64,000 nt of DNA from the NCBI RefSeq assembly GCF_006345805.1, contig NC_043012.1, positions 8,618,001 through 8,682,000 of the forward strand. The letters run 5' to 3'. The notes under the pieces are model-generated. The model was not told where the DNA came from. It ran no database searches and saw nothing but the letters and a program-made list of their open reading frames with translations. A program made the position numbers and the translations under genes. The stretch comes from Octopus sinensis (Eukaryota). How positions within the stretch are numbered: position 1 is the stretch's first letter; each line of letters starts with the position of its first letter. Of the stretch, positions 40,173 through 53,499 are shown in pieces.

Positions 40173-41813
40173 ATTTAGATGAATGTATATTATTGTGCCA
40201 GTACCGCCTGACTGGCCCCCCATGCCGGTGGCACGTAAAAAGCACCCGCTATACTCTCGGAGTGGTTGGCATTAGGAAGGGCATCCAGCTGTAGAAACTC
40301 TGCCAAATCAAGATTGGAGCCTGGTGCAGCCATCTGGTTCGCCAGTCCTCAGTCAAATCGTCTGATCCATGCTAGCATGGAAAGTGGACGTTAAACGATG
40401 ATGATGCTTTTCCTGTCACCAACCCTTTCCTGTTTTTCAAGTAAGGGATCTCTTATTCTGCACTTTTTCAACAGCACACCATCCTTGGACAGTTTGTTGA
40501 GAGGGGAACAACAAACTTCAATGCTTTTAGCTTGGTACTTTTTTCATTCAAATTGCAGGTGATGTAAGCATTCATACATTTATACATATTTGTTTATGTG
40601 GCAAGCTGAGACTAGTGTAGAAGTCTTATCTGAGGTGCCATGCAGTGGGACTGAACCTAAAACCACACCAACCACTTTACAAAGTGGCCTGGGCACAGTG
40701 TATATCATGACACGAATATTGGAGATTGTTGTGTCTTCATTAGTCACGCACAATTTTTATGACATGGCCAAACAGTTACTTAGGTAGAATTCAATCCTAC
40801 AACGAAATAAACATGCTTGTGATAGACATCTGTGTACCATATCTGATGTACATCATTGGCTGGCATGTTAATGTGGTTTTTGTCTGAGAAAATCTTGTCA
40901 TAGATGTTATGGTTTATGTATCAACTCTCTTGGGCTTCTGAGAGTCACTCTGCTTCTATACAGTGTTGGCACATGTGCTGGAGCCTTGTAAAATGCACCC
41001 AGTAAACTCTGGAAAGTGGTTGTCATTAGGAAGGTCGTCCAGTCATAGAAACCATGCCAAAAAAGACTACTGGAGCCTGTTGCAGCTCATCAAATCATCC
41101 AACATATGCCAGGATGTTAAATGATGTTGATGTTGATGACATGGCTTGGAAGAAATGTTCTCTCAGGCTAAAACCACATACCTTTCAGTGGTATAAATAT
41201 ATGGTATGGTACACCGACGGCTATTTTAATTTCATGCTGTTTCAGTTGCAGATACAGACTTTTAGACATGCTCATCAATTTATAAATACACACCTTCCAC
41301 ATGTGTAAAATAGATTTGATGTTCTTTATCATCCAGCTGTGATGCAGATGGCAGTATTTTTTTTCCTTTCTTTTTGTTTCAATCATTGGGCTGTGGATAT
41401 ATTGGGACACCACCTTCAAGAATTTTTAGTCTGATGACTTGGCCCCTGTATATTTTTTTTCCTTTTGAGCCTCATACTTATTTTGTTGGTCTCGTTTGCT
41501 GAACCATCTAGTCACGGACATAAACACACCAACACTGGTTGTCAAGCAGTGGCAGGGGACAGGCACAAAGACACACAGATATATATATATATATACACAC
41601 ACAAATATGACAGGCTTCTTTCAGTTTCCATCTATCTGGTCAGCTTGGGGGCTATAGTAGAAGACACTTGCCCAAGGCGCCATGCACTGGGACTGAACTC
41701 AAAACCATGTGGTTGGGAACCAAGCTTATTACCACACACTCCAATAACATTATTTAAAATAATAAATGGAATAACTCACTCCAACAACATAGTCTTCAGT
41801 GATGATATATATT

Positions 41814-42014
41814 TTATGATTTTTCTAGTTTATCAAACCAATTCTTTATATAGGTGTTTGTATCATTCATGTCTGAGAGTATATTCAGTAAGAAATCTTC
41901 AAATAATTCCGGCCAAATCCGAGAGACTTCACTTCGTTTCTTCTCTGCATGTAACACATTCCTTACAATTTCAGACACGTACTCTTTGGCCAGTTTCTTG
42001 CAGATCTTTGACTT
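41814..42014 (-). CDS. LRRC49: LRRC49 terminal exon
   Basis: CAG|AAG...TAA; KSKICKKLAKEYVSEIVRNV...IWPELF..., similar to the LRRC49 C-terminus (LWPQMF motif). Confidence 0.82.
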   Translation of the reverse strand, partial: KSKICKKLAKEYVSEIVRNVLHAEKKRSEVSRIWPELFEDFLLNILSDMNDTNTYIKNWFDKLEKS

Positions 42015-42899
42015 CTGAGTAAAGAAAAAATATATACAATGTTAATAAGTTTTTATTATATATATAAATCGAAATCAAAATTGAACCAATCCTATGACTG
42101 ACACCCGGCAGATGCCAGGACCCCTGGACTGGTGGCATGTAAAAAGCACCATCCGAATCGTGGCCGATGCCAGCGCCGCCTCGACTGGCTTCCGTGCTGG
42201 TGGCACGTGAAAAGCACCACCCGAATCGTGTCCGATGCCAGTGCCGCCTCGACTGGCTTCCGTGCTGGTGGCACGTAAAATGCACTAATCCGACCGTGGC
42301 CGTTGCCAGCCTCGTGGCACGTAAAAAGCACCCGCTACACTGACGGAGTGGTTGGCGTTAGGAAGGGCATCCAGCTGTAGAAACATTGCCAGATAAGCCT
42401 AGTGCAGCCTTCTGGCTTCCCAGACACCCCGGTCGAACCGTCCAACCCATGCTAGCATGGAAAACGGACGTTAAACGATGATGATGATATGGATGTTTTC
42501 TTTGTCTTGTTTCAGCCATTAGACTGTGGCACTGCCTTGAATTTTTAATAGAATGAATCGGCCTCAGTATTCTTTTAGAAGCCTGGTATTTATTCTATTG
42601 GTCTTTTGCAGAAACATTAAGTTACAAGGATGTAAACACATCAGCACTGGTTATCAAGCAGGGGTTCAAACAGATACACATGCCCTTTTTCAAAAAAATC
42701 TTTTTGCTGAGCCTGGAGAAAGGTTAATCCCCTTGGCCTTTGTTGGTTCACCAAGACTGGTGAGATTTTGACACTTTAATGTTTCATTTGTACCAGTGCA
42801 GGACAGTATCTTCAGGAAGATTTTAATTGGATGAATGTTTTGGGGAAGTAGGATTAGGTATAGTGACTAAGGGTGAGAGGTGGAAGGACAGCTAGGTTA

Positions 42900-43200
42900 A
42901 TTAGTTAGTTAATTATTTGGCTCAAAAAGCAAGGCCATGCAGGGGGACATGGAGTTATGTACAGGATGGTGTTCATGTAAAGTGTTCAGGCCACTTGTGG
43001 TCAAGGGAGACTTTGAACCGAGCAGTCATCGGCAGCTTATTCCACGGATTCGCAACCCGGACGGAGAGAGCCCCTCTCCTTCAATTGAGATGAAATGAAA
43101 TCGTCGCAGATAGAGCTTTTCGGAGTGACCCCGCAGCCGACGTTCTGGAGCAGGAGTGAAGAACAGCTCTTTCGAGAGGTTACACCCTCCGAGGGGTACA
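42900..43200 (-). mobile_element. CR1-type LINE 3' fragment
   Basis: RGHSEKLYLRRF...SVRVANPWNKLP motif on the minus strand. Confidence 0.7.
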
Positions 43201-43509
43201 ACTACACAGTGAAGGCATGTGGCCTTATGGATACAATGTTTCTGATCCTAAGTTTGTGGGTTCAATCCATGGACCAGTCAAAGCCCTTCATTTCACGTTA
43301 CTCCAGTCTACTTGGCTGTAAATAAGTAGGAGTCAGTTGCTAGTGAAGCTGTTACATCTTGGACATTGCTCTGATTCAAGGATGGGGGTACCTATGTCTA
43401 CTCACGATTTCACAAACACTTTAAACAAAAGCATGGTACACATTGCTAAGCAATATCCACTTGCAAGTAACAACCACATCGTTAACCTTTTTGTATTTAA
43501 TAAACTTAC

Positions 43510-43639
43510 CTGATGCCGAGATGAGCCAGGGTAAACCAATATAGAACGCCCAGCTAATTCCTCTTGACTTTTATCAAAAAATTTAGTATCAGTTGCTTTT
43601 TTGTTTCTCTCTTCTAAAGTTGCTAAAATTTGCTTTTTC
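43510..43639 (-). CDS. LRRC49: LRRC49 internal exon
   Basis: Poly-T tract, CCAG|G AAA AAG...CAG|GTAAG, 130 bp; phases 2 to 0 fit. Confidence 0.78.
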
Positions 43640-45559
43640 CTGGATTAAAAAAAAAAAAAAGTCCTTTGATAGTGATTAATTGGAGCCAAGCAAGTTTCTA
43701 TAACTGGGCAGCAGATCAAAGATTTGGAAGGCTATTTGAGAGTCCCATGCTGTTGGTATGATGTCTATCTTCTCTCTCTTATATTATTGCCTTAGTACTT
43801 CTGTAGGCGAAATGTACCTCTTCAGGATGTCTATTTATAACCAGGTTAACAATAGATAAGTTTAGTAACAATGAGGAAATAATATTTGAAAAGTTGTGAG
43901 TCAATATATATAATGTTCAATTATTCATGATGAAGGGAAGCCAAAAATCACCAACAGTGTTACCAAGTCAACTAGAGTGTCACGACAGGATCACAGAACT
44001 TGCTAGAAATAACAGCTATATCTTCCTCAGCACACACACTGCTATATTTTAAAAAGATGGACATATTGTATAATGCAAACCAGTGGCCATTGCCAGTACT
44101 ACCTGACTGGCCCTCGTGCCGGTGGCACATAAAAGCATCCACTACACTCTTGGAGTGGTTGGCGTTAGGAAGGGCATCCAGCTGTAGAAACTCTGCCAGA
44201 TCTGATTGGAGCCTGGTGCAGCCATCTGGTTCACCAGTCCTCAGTCAAATCATCTAACCCATGCCAACGTGGAAAGCGAACATTAAACGATGAAGATGTA
44301 GAATCTGTAACCACTGGGTTATGAATCATTTGGAACTGGGTCACACAGGAACAATAAATTTTAAAATTATACGGTGCTGGTGCCATGTGAAAAACATCCA
44401 GTATACTCTGTAATGTGGTTGGCATCCAACTGTAGAAACCCTGCCAAAACTGACCATGGAACCTGGTGTAGCTCCTGGCCTTGCCAGCAAGGAAAATGGA
44501 CACTAAATATTATGATGATGACAACTACTGCAGTCTGCAGGTTTGTTTCGCTTTATGTATTATTTATATAATTAAAATGTATATTATGCACTTTACTGTT
44601 TTGTTATTCTCATGGTCTGAGAAAAAAACTGTCTTGCATGAAAATAGTTTGTGATGCAAAAACGGTTTGGTATGGTGTCAGCATCATGATCGTAAGATTG
44701 TGGTTCCAATTCCTGGACCAGGTGACACGTTGTGTTCTTGAGCAAAACACTTCATTTCACGTTGCTCCAGTCCACTCAGCTGGCGAAAATGAGTAACACT
44801 GTGATGGACTGGCGTCCTGTCCAGCTGGGGAACACATATGCTACAGAAACTGGGAAACTGGGCCCATGAGCCTGGCTAGGCTTTAAAAAGGGCGCATTTA
44901 TTTTATTTTTATTTTATTGATAATATAGTCCACAAGTAACTACCTGTAAAGATGGGATGATCATGGTTAGAATGTCTTTGATCATACATCTGCTCCATTC
45001 AGGCCAGCTCTATCAGACAATCAGTAAAATAAGAAAAGAATTACTTGCAGAATTTTGGAATGTTTTCTTACCAGCATGTAAAAATCGCCTGTTGAGAGTT
45101 GGGCCTCATTGGAGGTAATGTGGCTGATGCTGGTGTCACATAAGTAGCACCTAAAGAGCACCTTTTGAGTGTTGGGCCTCACCTCACAGAGGCAATGACA
45201 AATGACTGAGGCCTTCCGCATATGCCATACTGGAGTAGAAGACCCTTCAAGACAAGTGAAATCATAGTCGTGGCATATACTGGGGTCACACAACTGACAC
45301 CTGTGCCAGTGGAATGTGAAAACACCCATTATACTCTCAGAGTGGTTGGTGTTAGGAAGGGCATCTAGCCATAGAAACCATGCCAAATCAGACTGTAGTC
45401 TGTGCAGCCCCGGTCAAACCGTTCAACCCATGCCAGTATGGACAATGGATGTTAAATGATGATGATGAGGTTTACATATTGTCCAACCCAAGCCAGCATG
45501 GAACATGGTCATTAAATCATGATGATGATGATGCAGGTGTTGGAAGTGGCTGTCTTTAA

Positions 45560-45776
45560 CCCTTTAGTATTTAATCCAGCAATTCCCAACCCACATATTC
45601 TACCTGTTTTATGTTAAAATCGATCCAATCCAACCTCTCACCCCTACCCTACAATGTCATTCTAAAATAGACAAACACCATTGAAATCTTGAAGCTACAA
45701 CATAATGTGTGATTAATTCAAAACAACGTGAATAAATAAGTAATACATTTCACAAAGAAATCTGAATGCTGAAGGG
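45560..45776. mobile_element. piggyBac-type MITE (TTAA|CCCT...AGGG|TTAA)
   Basis: CCC termini with TTAA on both sides. Relatives at about 33586-33805, 38690-38883 and 56330-57458 (interrupted). Confidence 0.8.
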
Positions 45777-45944
45777 TTAAAGTAGAGACTGAGGCAGATC
45801 AGTACATGTCTGCCAGGGACACAACACAGTAACTACATATGGTCAGAGTTCAGCTATTTGTGTGTGTGAAGAGTTCAAGATAAATATCTCAAAGTTAATG
45901 AGAACAGAATGAAAATTGGAAAGAGATAAATGTTGACAACTTAC

Positions 45945-46054
45945 TTTGTTTCACTGACCAAAGTGATGAGTTGAGCTGAAGTTAGATACGTGGTCATCAG
46001 GTGTGAGAAAGTACCAAATAAATGTTCCGCATGGACAATATCAGTTGCTGTCAC
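45945..46054 (-). CDS. LRRC49: LRRC49 internal exon
   Basis: VTATDIVHAEHLFGTFSHL..., resembling human VTQNDMIMAERLFGILAH; 110 bp. Confidence 0.85.
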
Positions 46055-47246
46055 CTGTTGATAGTCATTATAGAATTAATAAGAACAATGTCACCAGTTG
46101 ATGGTCGTTATACTGTTATTATAGACAATGTCACCTGTTGATGGTTATTCTAGAGGCTACCACTGGTCAAAGTTGAATACTTATCTGCACATCTATGCAC
46201 AATCCTGCATATTTGTTCTCGTAGAGTATTGGCAGTCGCTTTTGCTTGGAAATTTCCCCTCTCCACCTCATGTATGTTGTCCTAAAGAAAGGTCCCTGCT
46301 TTAAGGCCCATACAGTGTGCTATCACTGAAGTTTTAAGCATTGCTGTTGGAAACAAAAAGGACTAAAACAGATACCACAAGGCACCCAGTCTATCCCTAT
46401 GCCACCCGAACCCCAACAGTCCATTCCCACCACCACCACCATCCTAGATTGATACTGCTGTTATTTGACCCCAAAAGGACGAAAAGTATAGTTGACCTTA
46501 AGGAACAGAGTTGAAACAAATGTCTTGTTTTCATAAGTTCTGAATTAAAATCTTCCACCAAACCTTAATCACAATTTATCATCATCATCGTTTAACGTCC
46601 GCTTTCCATGCTAGCAATGGGTTGGACAGTTCAACTGGGGTCTGGCAAGCCCGAAGGCTGCACCAGGCCAGTCAGATCTGGCAGTGTTTCTACAGCTGGA
46701 TGCCCTTCCTAACGCCAACCACTCCGAGAGTGTAGTGGGTGATTTTATGTGCCACCGACATAGGTGCCAGACGAGGCTGGCAGACGGCCACGCTCGGATG
46801 GTGTTTTTTATGTGCCACCGACACAGGTGCCAGACGAGGCTGGCAGATGGCCACGCTCGGATGGTGTTTTCGGTGTTTTCTTATGTGCCACCGACACAGG
46901 TGCCAGACGAGGCTGGTGAACGGCTACGATCGGATGGTGTTTGTTACATGCCCACAGCACGGTGGCCAGTCGATGCGGTACTGGCTACGGTCCCGTTCGG
47001 ATGGTTTTCTTATGTGCCACCGGCACTGGTACCACAAGGATACAAATTCCATTGATGTTCATCTATTTTGATTGGTTTGATTTGATTCGATTTGACTTCA
47101 ATCAATAGCTTAATGATAACCAAGTTATTTTACTAAATTCTTAGTTATATTTAAAGTAATTGAAAGAAACACAGAGCATCTCAAAATAAATACAGTAACG
47201 AAAGGGTTAAAGTTTAAAATTGAATTTGAGAAATTGAAGTTCTTAC

Positions 47247-47429
47247 CTCTTTGTTGTTGATTGTCTTGAGAGAAAAATGAGCAAGTCGGAATAATAAATA
47301 ATATCGCCACAAAGAAAACTTGGTGACTGGGTTTACTTCATCAATGACGATGTGGTCAAGTCTTCGGACTGTTGCCAAAGCATTCAGTTGTGTGAGGCTG
47401 TGAATGTTGCAGGCATTCAATACTAAACA
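47247..47429 (-). CDS. LRRC49: LRRC49 internal exon
   Basis: CLVLNACNIHSLTQLNALATVRRLDHIVIDEVNPVTKFSLWRYYLLFRLAHFSLKTINNKE, 183 bp. Confidence 0.9.
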
Positions 47430-47904
47430 CTATGATAGGAAGTTGAAAACTTGGTTGTGAGAGTTAGCAATGGAGAATTAGTAAAGTGGTAGATTCCATT
47501 GGAAAAAATGGTTATGGTATTCTGCATTGGCAAGAATATGAATAACTGAAACAGGGGAATATATTTTATGCTATGAGGAAGAAAGAAAATCTGACATTTC
47601 AAGCAGACCTCTTCATCAAAGGGAAATGAAATGATACGGTAAATGGTGATGAAAGATAAACAAAGTGAGAGAGAGAAGGAGGGGAGAGACAGATAGATGG
47701 AGGGAGAAGAAGAAATAAAGAAGACAAAGGGGAGGTGAGGGAGAAGGAAGAGATAAGTTAGTGGAAAAAGAAAAACTGATGAGTGCAAGAAGACATAAGG
47801 TAGGCCCATAGATTTAGAAAACATTGTAGGAAGGAGAGGAGGGAGTGAGATGGAAATGCTGTTTACATATAAAGACACATACATTCAAGCATGCACCCAT
47901 CAAT

Positions 47905-48196
47905 TGTGGAGGCACATGGCCTAGTGGTTAGAGCAGCGGACTCGCGGTCGAGGGATCGCCGGTTCGAATCTCAGACCGGGCGATGTGTGTGTTTATGAGC
48001 GAAACACCTAAGCTCCGGCAGAAGGTAATGGCGAACTTCTGCTGACTCTTTCGCCACAACTTTCTTTCACTCTTTCCTCCTGCATCTTGCAGCTCACCTG
48101 CGATGGACCGGTGTCCCGTCCAGGTGGGGAACCTATATGCCAAGGAAACCGGGAAACCGGCTCTTATGAGCCAGGCATGGCTCAAGAAGGAACAAA
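47905..48196 (+). mobile_element. Full-length tRNA-derived SINE with 15-bp target-site duplication
   Basis: TGGCCTAGTGG and GGTTCGAATC boxes; TSD CATGC(A/T)CCCATCAAT at 47890-47904 and 48197-48211. Second copy at 59831-60128. Confidence 0.88.
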
Positions 48197-49122
48197 CATG
48201 CTCCCATCAATACATACCTGCATGGACATTAAGATGATGATAATGTTAAGCACCTTGCATTTCAGTTGAAAGTATGGTTTAACAGTTGATCCTGATTGTG
48301 TGGAAGCCAAAGTTTACAGCGAGATCCCGATCATTTGAATATGAAACAATAATAGTATTTTTTCCCCACATCACTCACAAGCATTGACTAAATGGGGTAT
48401 GAATGGGTTACATTAAAATGAAAATGTTGTAAGCCCAGATAAAGCTGCTTGAGATCATAGGCATTACCCAGGCTTCTCTTGAATTCCTCCCAGCAATGTC
48501 TATGACAGTGTAAAAATTAACACTTCCTTCTCCAAGATTAGATTCAAAACCGAATCTAAGAATTCCTGGTTGTCCAAACCACCACGATCAACAGGCGTGA
48601 AAAAAAGGTTTTCTTTGTCCTGTCAAAAATCGATTGATCATCTGCCTTTGACCAACGACCTCAGCCACGTCAGGCGAAGTTCAAATGGACAGGAGCTGAC
48701 CTATTTAGGTACAAACTCTACTGCAGTGTGTCTGTCCTTCTAGGTGCCACGATTATTATAAATACAGTGATCAACAGACAGACGAGAGGAGAAAGGTCTA
48801 GCAGGTAAACGAGAAAGGTCTATGATGACAGGTTTTGAATGACTAGAGACTTGAGACAAATGTTCGAAGTTCCACAGTAGACTACTGATCTCAGATGAAC
48901 TACACACATACACACACACACACACACACAAATATATTCATTTCTGACACATCACTTCCACAGATGTACCCTGTTTCTATTTCTAGCAACTCGTAGCAGT
49001 TGTCAACATTTTGCATGTAGTGAAGAATTATGTGTATCCTTTTATATCTGTTCACCTGATACACACACACAACCACTACAACAGTACAGATTGATCCAAG
49101 CAATAATTAAGCATAAACTTAC

Positions 49123-49345
49123 CACAAGACCAGGAAATCTAGATTTGAGTTTGGGTAAATGTTTAACAATCTCATCAAAGTCAATGAAATTGAAGAGAAC
49201 GGTAGTAACATTTCCAGCAGTTGGAAGGCCCCACGTCCTATCAAGAGCTTCCAGAGAACCGATTCCAAACATGGCTAAAGAATTGTCATCAAGTTCAGCA
49301 AGGTTGTTTAAATCACATTCATCATTTTCAATATTACTGGGAGAT
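49123..49345 (-). CDS. LRRC49: LRRC49 internal exon
   Basis: LAELDDNSLAMFGIGSLEALDRTWGLPTAGNVTTVLFNFIDFDEIVKHLPKLKSRFP, 223 bp. Confidence 0.9.
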
Positions 49346-49509
49346 CTGAAAGCAATTAAATATAAATAAATATAAGATTTTTAATTTGTAGGAATGAAAA
49401 AAAAACATCTTTTAAATGAAACTAAAAATTAATATTTTTCTCAGGGGCATTTTGATGTATGTTGAAGTGAAACAACTACAACCTGGAGCTGAAACCAACT
49501 TGCCAGAAT

Positions 49510-50110
49510 TACATCTATCTAGTCACCTGAACACACTGGGTCCATCTATCCAGTTAACAACTACACACTGAATCTTATCTATCCACTCAACTGTCTTTCT
49601 ATCAAGTCTATATCTACATACAGTGTCAAATTCCACAAAGGTCGACTTTGCCTTTCATCCTTTCGGGGTTGATAAATTAAGTACCAGTTGTGTACTGGGT
49701 TTGATCTAATCGACTGGCCCCCTCCTCTAAAATTTAGGGCCTTGTGCCTAGAGTGGAAAAGAATATCTACATACAGTGTCTAACCAGCCAACATCTATAC
49801 ACACTATCCAGTCAATATCTACACGCTGTCTTTATATTCAGTCAATATCTACAAACTGCATCTAACCACGCAACATCTATACACTGTCTTTCTATCCAGT
49901 CAACCTGTACACACTGTCTTTCTATCCAGTTAACATTTGCACACTGTCTTTCTATCCAGTCAACATCTACACACCGTCTAACTATCCAGTCAACCCCTAC
50001 ACACCGTCTATCTAACCAGTCAACATCTGCACACTGTGTCTATGTATCAAGTCAACATCTACACATTGTGCCCATCTATCCAGTCAACATCTACACACTG
50101 TGTCTCTTTA
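49510..50110 (+). repeat. ~30-bp minisatellite (ATCCAGTCAACATCTACACACTGTCTTTCT), interrupted by a SINE
   Basis: About 11 degenerate units at 49780-50110, plus more upstream of the SINE. Confidence 0.85.
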
Positions 50111-50190
50111 TTCTATCAAAACCTGGACACTGAGTCTAGATATCCAGTTATATATCAGTTATCCCAAACATTTGAGACCAAAATGTTTAC

Positions 50191-50421
50191 CTAAAAATAA
50201 ATGTTTGTTTTGTTGACTTCAGCTGTTCATTGTGTGTCTTGGAACCAGAGTTCTTTGGTATTTCACTTTCCTGTTGTTCATCACTCAGATTAGGTGTACT
50301 AAGTACATCTGTTGATGTACTAGGTACATCTGTTGACGTACTTGTTACATCTGTTGCTGTACTTGGTACATCTGATTGTGCACTGTGGCTACCTGCAGGA
50401 TATTTCAGCAACTTTTCAAGT
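50191..50421 (-). CDS. LRRC49: Candidate LRRC49 cassette exon with Ser/Thr-rich heptad repeats
   Basis: CTTTCCAG|A CTT...TTT AG|GTAAAC, 231 bp, no stops, phase 2 to 2 matching both flanking exons. No recognised homology. Confidence 0.55.
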
Positions 50422-51373
50422 CTGGAAAGATTTAGGAAGATTTTATTTAAAAGAAATTTTAAATTCATTAACAATTTGGTATAAACATTATGAATATTAT
50501 CAACATTACCAACTTTCTAAACACCCAGTATTTTCAACATTATTGACTTTCTAAACATTATCAATATTATTTACTTAACGAATACCATTAACATTATTCA
50601 ACGTTATTGTTGATAGTATATTACTATTTATAAAGTCAATATCACTAACAATGACAATCAAAACTAACAGTGCAATCAACTTAATTACCTATTAGTACAA
50701 TGAACATTATTGGACTTTATCAACATTATAAGGTACTAGTCAAATACTTAAGTTGATTTAATCAACTAATACTGATGTTAGAGATTACAGAGGAAGATTC
50801 CCAATAAATCATTTTAGTGTTGTTTGCTCTTTAGGGACCAATGAGGGTGTAATTGGTGGTGGCTTGGTCAGCAATTACTCTGTGACAGTCGAAAAACAAC
50901 AGCAAGATGAACTGGTACAGATCACACTATCCCAAAGCACGTATACATGTGACTGGGGATCATGTGTGAACTTGTATTCCCACTGAAACTATGAACATGA
51001 ACTCTACACCTCAACAATGAACGACAGCTATAGCATCAGCTCTATCTGACACACTTGCTCTAGCAGTGAGGCATTTGTCAAATTTGCAAGCTGGATTTTG
51101 GGGCTGCAGACGGAAGCATTACTATGCCTGTTGCTATTAATCATTTTTAATAAGCCACTCACTATTTGTGACACCAGCGCCTGCTTAGACACTGGGATTC
51201 TATATATGTATATAAATATATATATTCTATTTGTTTTATGTTGAAAACTGACCAGACCCAGCTACAAGATACTACATGATTAATTTTTTAAAATGTGGAT
51301 AAATAAGCATTACATTCAACTAATTAATCTGAATGCTAAAGAGTTAAGCCATTTAATTTCTAAAGAAACATAC

Positions 51374-51588
51374 TTTCCCGATATATGAAAAACATCATCG
51401 AATATTGTGGCGGCATCTTTATTCTGAGGGATTCCAGTGTCATTTGGTCGTCTGGTGTTGGGGTAAGAACCAACATGTTGAGTATACAGCTCAGGTATTT
51501 TACCAGTTTTACCAACATGGGACATCAAACTTCCTTGTATGACATCCCACTGTTTCTTAGCATTGTTAATGGCAACTCGGCGCTTTTC
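51374..51588 (-). CDS. LRRC49: LRRC49 internal exon
   Basis: EKRRVAINNAKKQW..., resembling human EKKRLTINNVARQW; 215 bp. Confidence 0.85.
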
Positions 51589-52280
51589 CTACAGATAGAA
51601 CAGAAAATGATGGTAACAAGATTAACGGTTGTCAGTTTTATTGTGGTTTGAGAGGTAGTAGAGTAGTGGATGTGTGTGTGTGTCTTGTGAAAAAGTTGTG
51701 TGTGTTGTAGTACAATGGCACACGTGTGTATGTGTACCTTGTAATAGAATAGTGTGGGTGTGTTGTAGAAATGTGTATGTGTTGTGATAGTATAGTGTGT
51801 ATGTGTGTGCTGTAGTAGACTAGTTTGTATGTGTTGTAGTAGAGTAATAGTGGTGATAGTTGTAATGATGATGGTGATGACCACAAAAACAAAGCTCGCT
51901 TCTACCAAGGTACCACCACCATCAACACTTTCTACATCTACCCAAGCCTCTCACCTCCACCCATTGCCAACTGCCTCCTACCTCCACCCAATGCCTCTCA
52001 CCTCCACCCAATACCTCCTACCTTCACCCAAGGCCTCCCGTCTCTAACCACCATTAATGCTCATTTCAAATTTTAGCACAAGGCCAACAATTTCAGTCAA
52101 TTACACTGACCTCAGTATTCCACTGGTATTATTTTATCCACCCCCAAAAGGATGAAAGCAAAGTCCAAAGTCAATCTCAGCAGAATTTGAACTCAGAATG
52201 TGAAAACAGACAAAATTCTGTTAGGCATTTTCCCTAGCAAATGCTAACAACTCTGCCAGCTTTCTGCCTTGACCACTGAC

Positions 52281-52364
52281 CTTCAATGTGGCTATCTTCC
52301 TCATCTCCCTTTTCCGTTCTTCCTCTTTTCGTGCCGCAACCAATGCCATTCGTCTCTCGTCTTC
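52281..52364 (-). CDS. LRRC49: LRRC49 internal exon (coiled coil)
   Basis: EDERRMALVAARKEEERKREMRKIATLK, 84 bp. Confidence 0.9.
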
Positions 52365-52626
52365 CTAAGAAAAAAAAACAACAACAACAACAGCTTTATT
52401 AATTTCAGTATTCTTTTTCTCTTTTTTACTTGTTTCGGTCATTCGACTGCAGCCATGCTGGAGCACTGCCTTAAACGGTTTTAGCTGAAGAAATCAACTT
52501 CAGGACCTATTCTTTGTAAACCTAATACTTACTTATTCTATTGGTCTCTTTTGCCAAACTGCTAAGTTATGGCTACTTGTAAGTAGCAACAAAAAAGCTT
52601 TGACAAGCAAAAACATAACAAATGGC

Positions 52627-52934
52627 GGTACTACTTAAGAAAAGCGGTCCCAGTGCACGCACTCACGTACTCACGCATCCGCGCTAGCTAGTCATGACTA
52701 GTCGATCTTACAACGACTACCTAGCAAAGTAAATAAAACACAAAATAAATTATTTTTTTTTTACACAAAGTAAATCATTTTTTTTACACAAATTAAATAA
52801 AACACAAAGTAAATAATTTTTTTTACACAAAATAAAACAAAAACACAAAGTAAGGATTGACTAGTCACGACTAGCTTGTGCAGTTCGTGAGTACACGAGT
52901 GCGTGCACTGGGACCACTCTTCTTAAGTGGTACC
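52627..52934. mobile_element. Mutator-like (MULE) foldback MITE
   Basis: ~85-bp imperfect TIRs starting GGTAC; 9-bp TSD ACAAATGGC at 52618-52626 and 52935-52943; AT-rich tandem core. Confidence 0.85.
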
Positions 52935-53499
52935 ACAAATGGCTTACTGTTTAACCAAATTAAACAAACAATCGATTAATTAGTTGGATATTTAACCAGT
53001 TGACTAATAAAAAAGGAGTGGAATCGAACCAATCCTGACTGAAACATGTTGAGTAGCTCTGTGGTCAGAGGTTAGCCCTTATAAGGATTGGAACCAAAGA
53101 CGAAAGGTGTCTGAAAACACTCCTTTATATACCGTTTGGGTGGCTCAAACGAACTTCAGAAATGGAATCTTAACCAAAGGCCGTGATTGGCTGTTTCGGG
53201 ACAGTGGCGCGAAAATAAGTGGAGACAAGTCGCGTCACGTGTCAACCAATCAGGTTAGTGGACACAACAAGGTTAAACTAGGCAAAGATGTTTGTAATCT
53301 CAAACGAGATCATTCTTAATACTTTTCTCAAACAGTGAAGATAGCAATGAAGAAAACAATATTGCTACAATAATATTGGCATAATGGCTCTTCACATACC
53401 AAATCTGTTTTAACAAATATTAGGCAGTAATCATCAACAGACGTACAGCTACATGTATCAAGAATCAAATATGCATTACAGATGAAATAAACAAGTGTT

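Noticed and set aside
41168-41419. 83-aa minus-strand ORF downstream of LRRC49
   Set aside because: It lies past the LRRC49 stop in the probable 3' UTR, with no homology recognised.
47905-47985. tRNA gene candidates (also 4469-4540, 55350-55418, 59831-59900)
   Set aside because: A/B boxes are present, but they continue into SINE bodies with TSDs and lack a clean cloverleaf and terminator.
49744-50133. 129-aa ORF with HCLSIQST repeats
   Set aside because: It is the 30-bp minisatellite read in frame, antisense within an LRRC49 intron.
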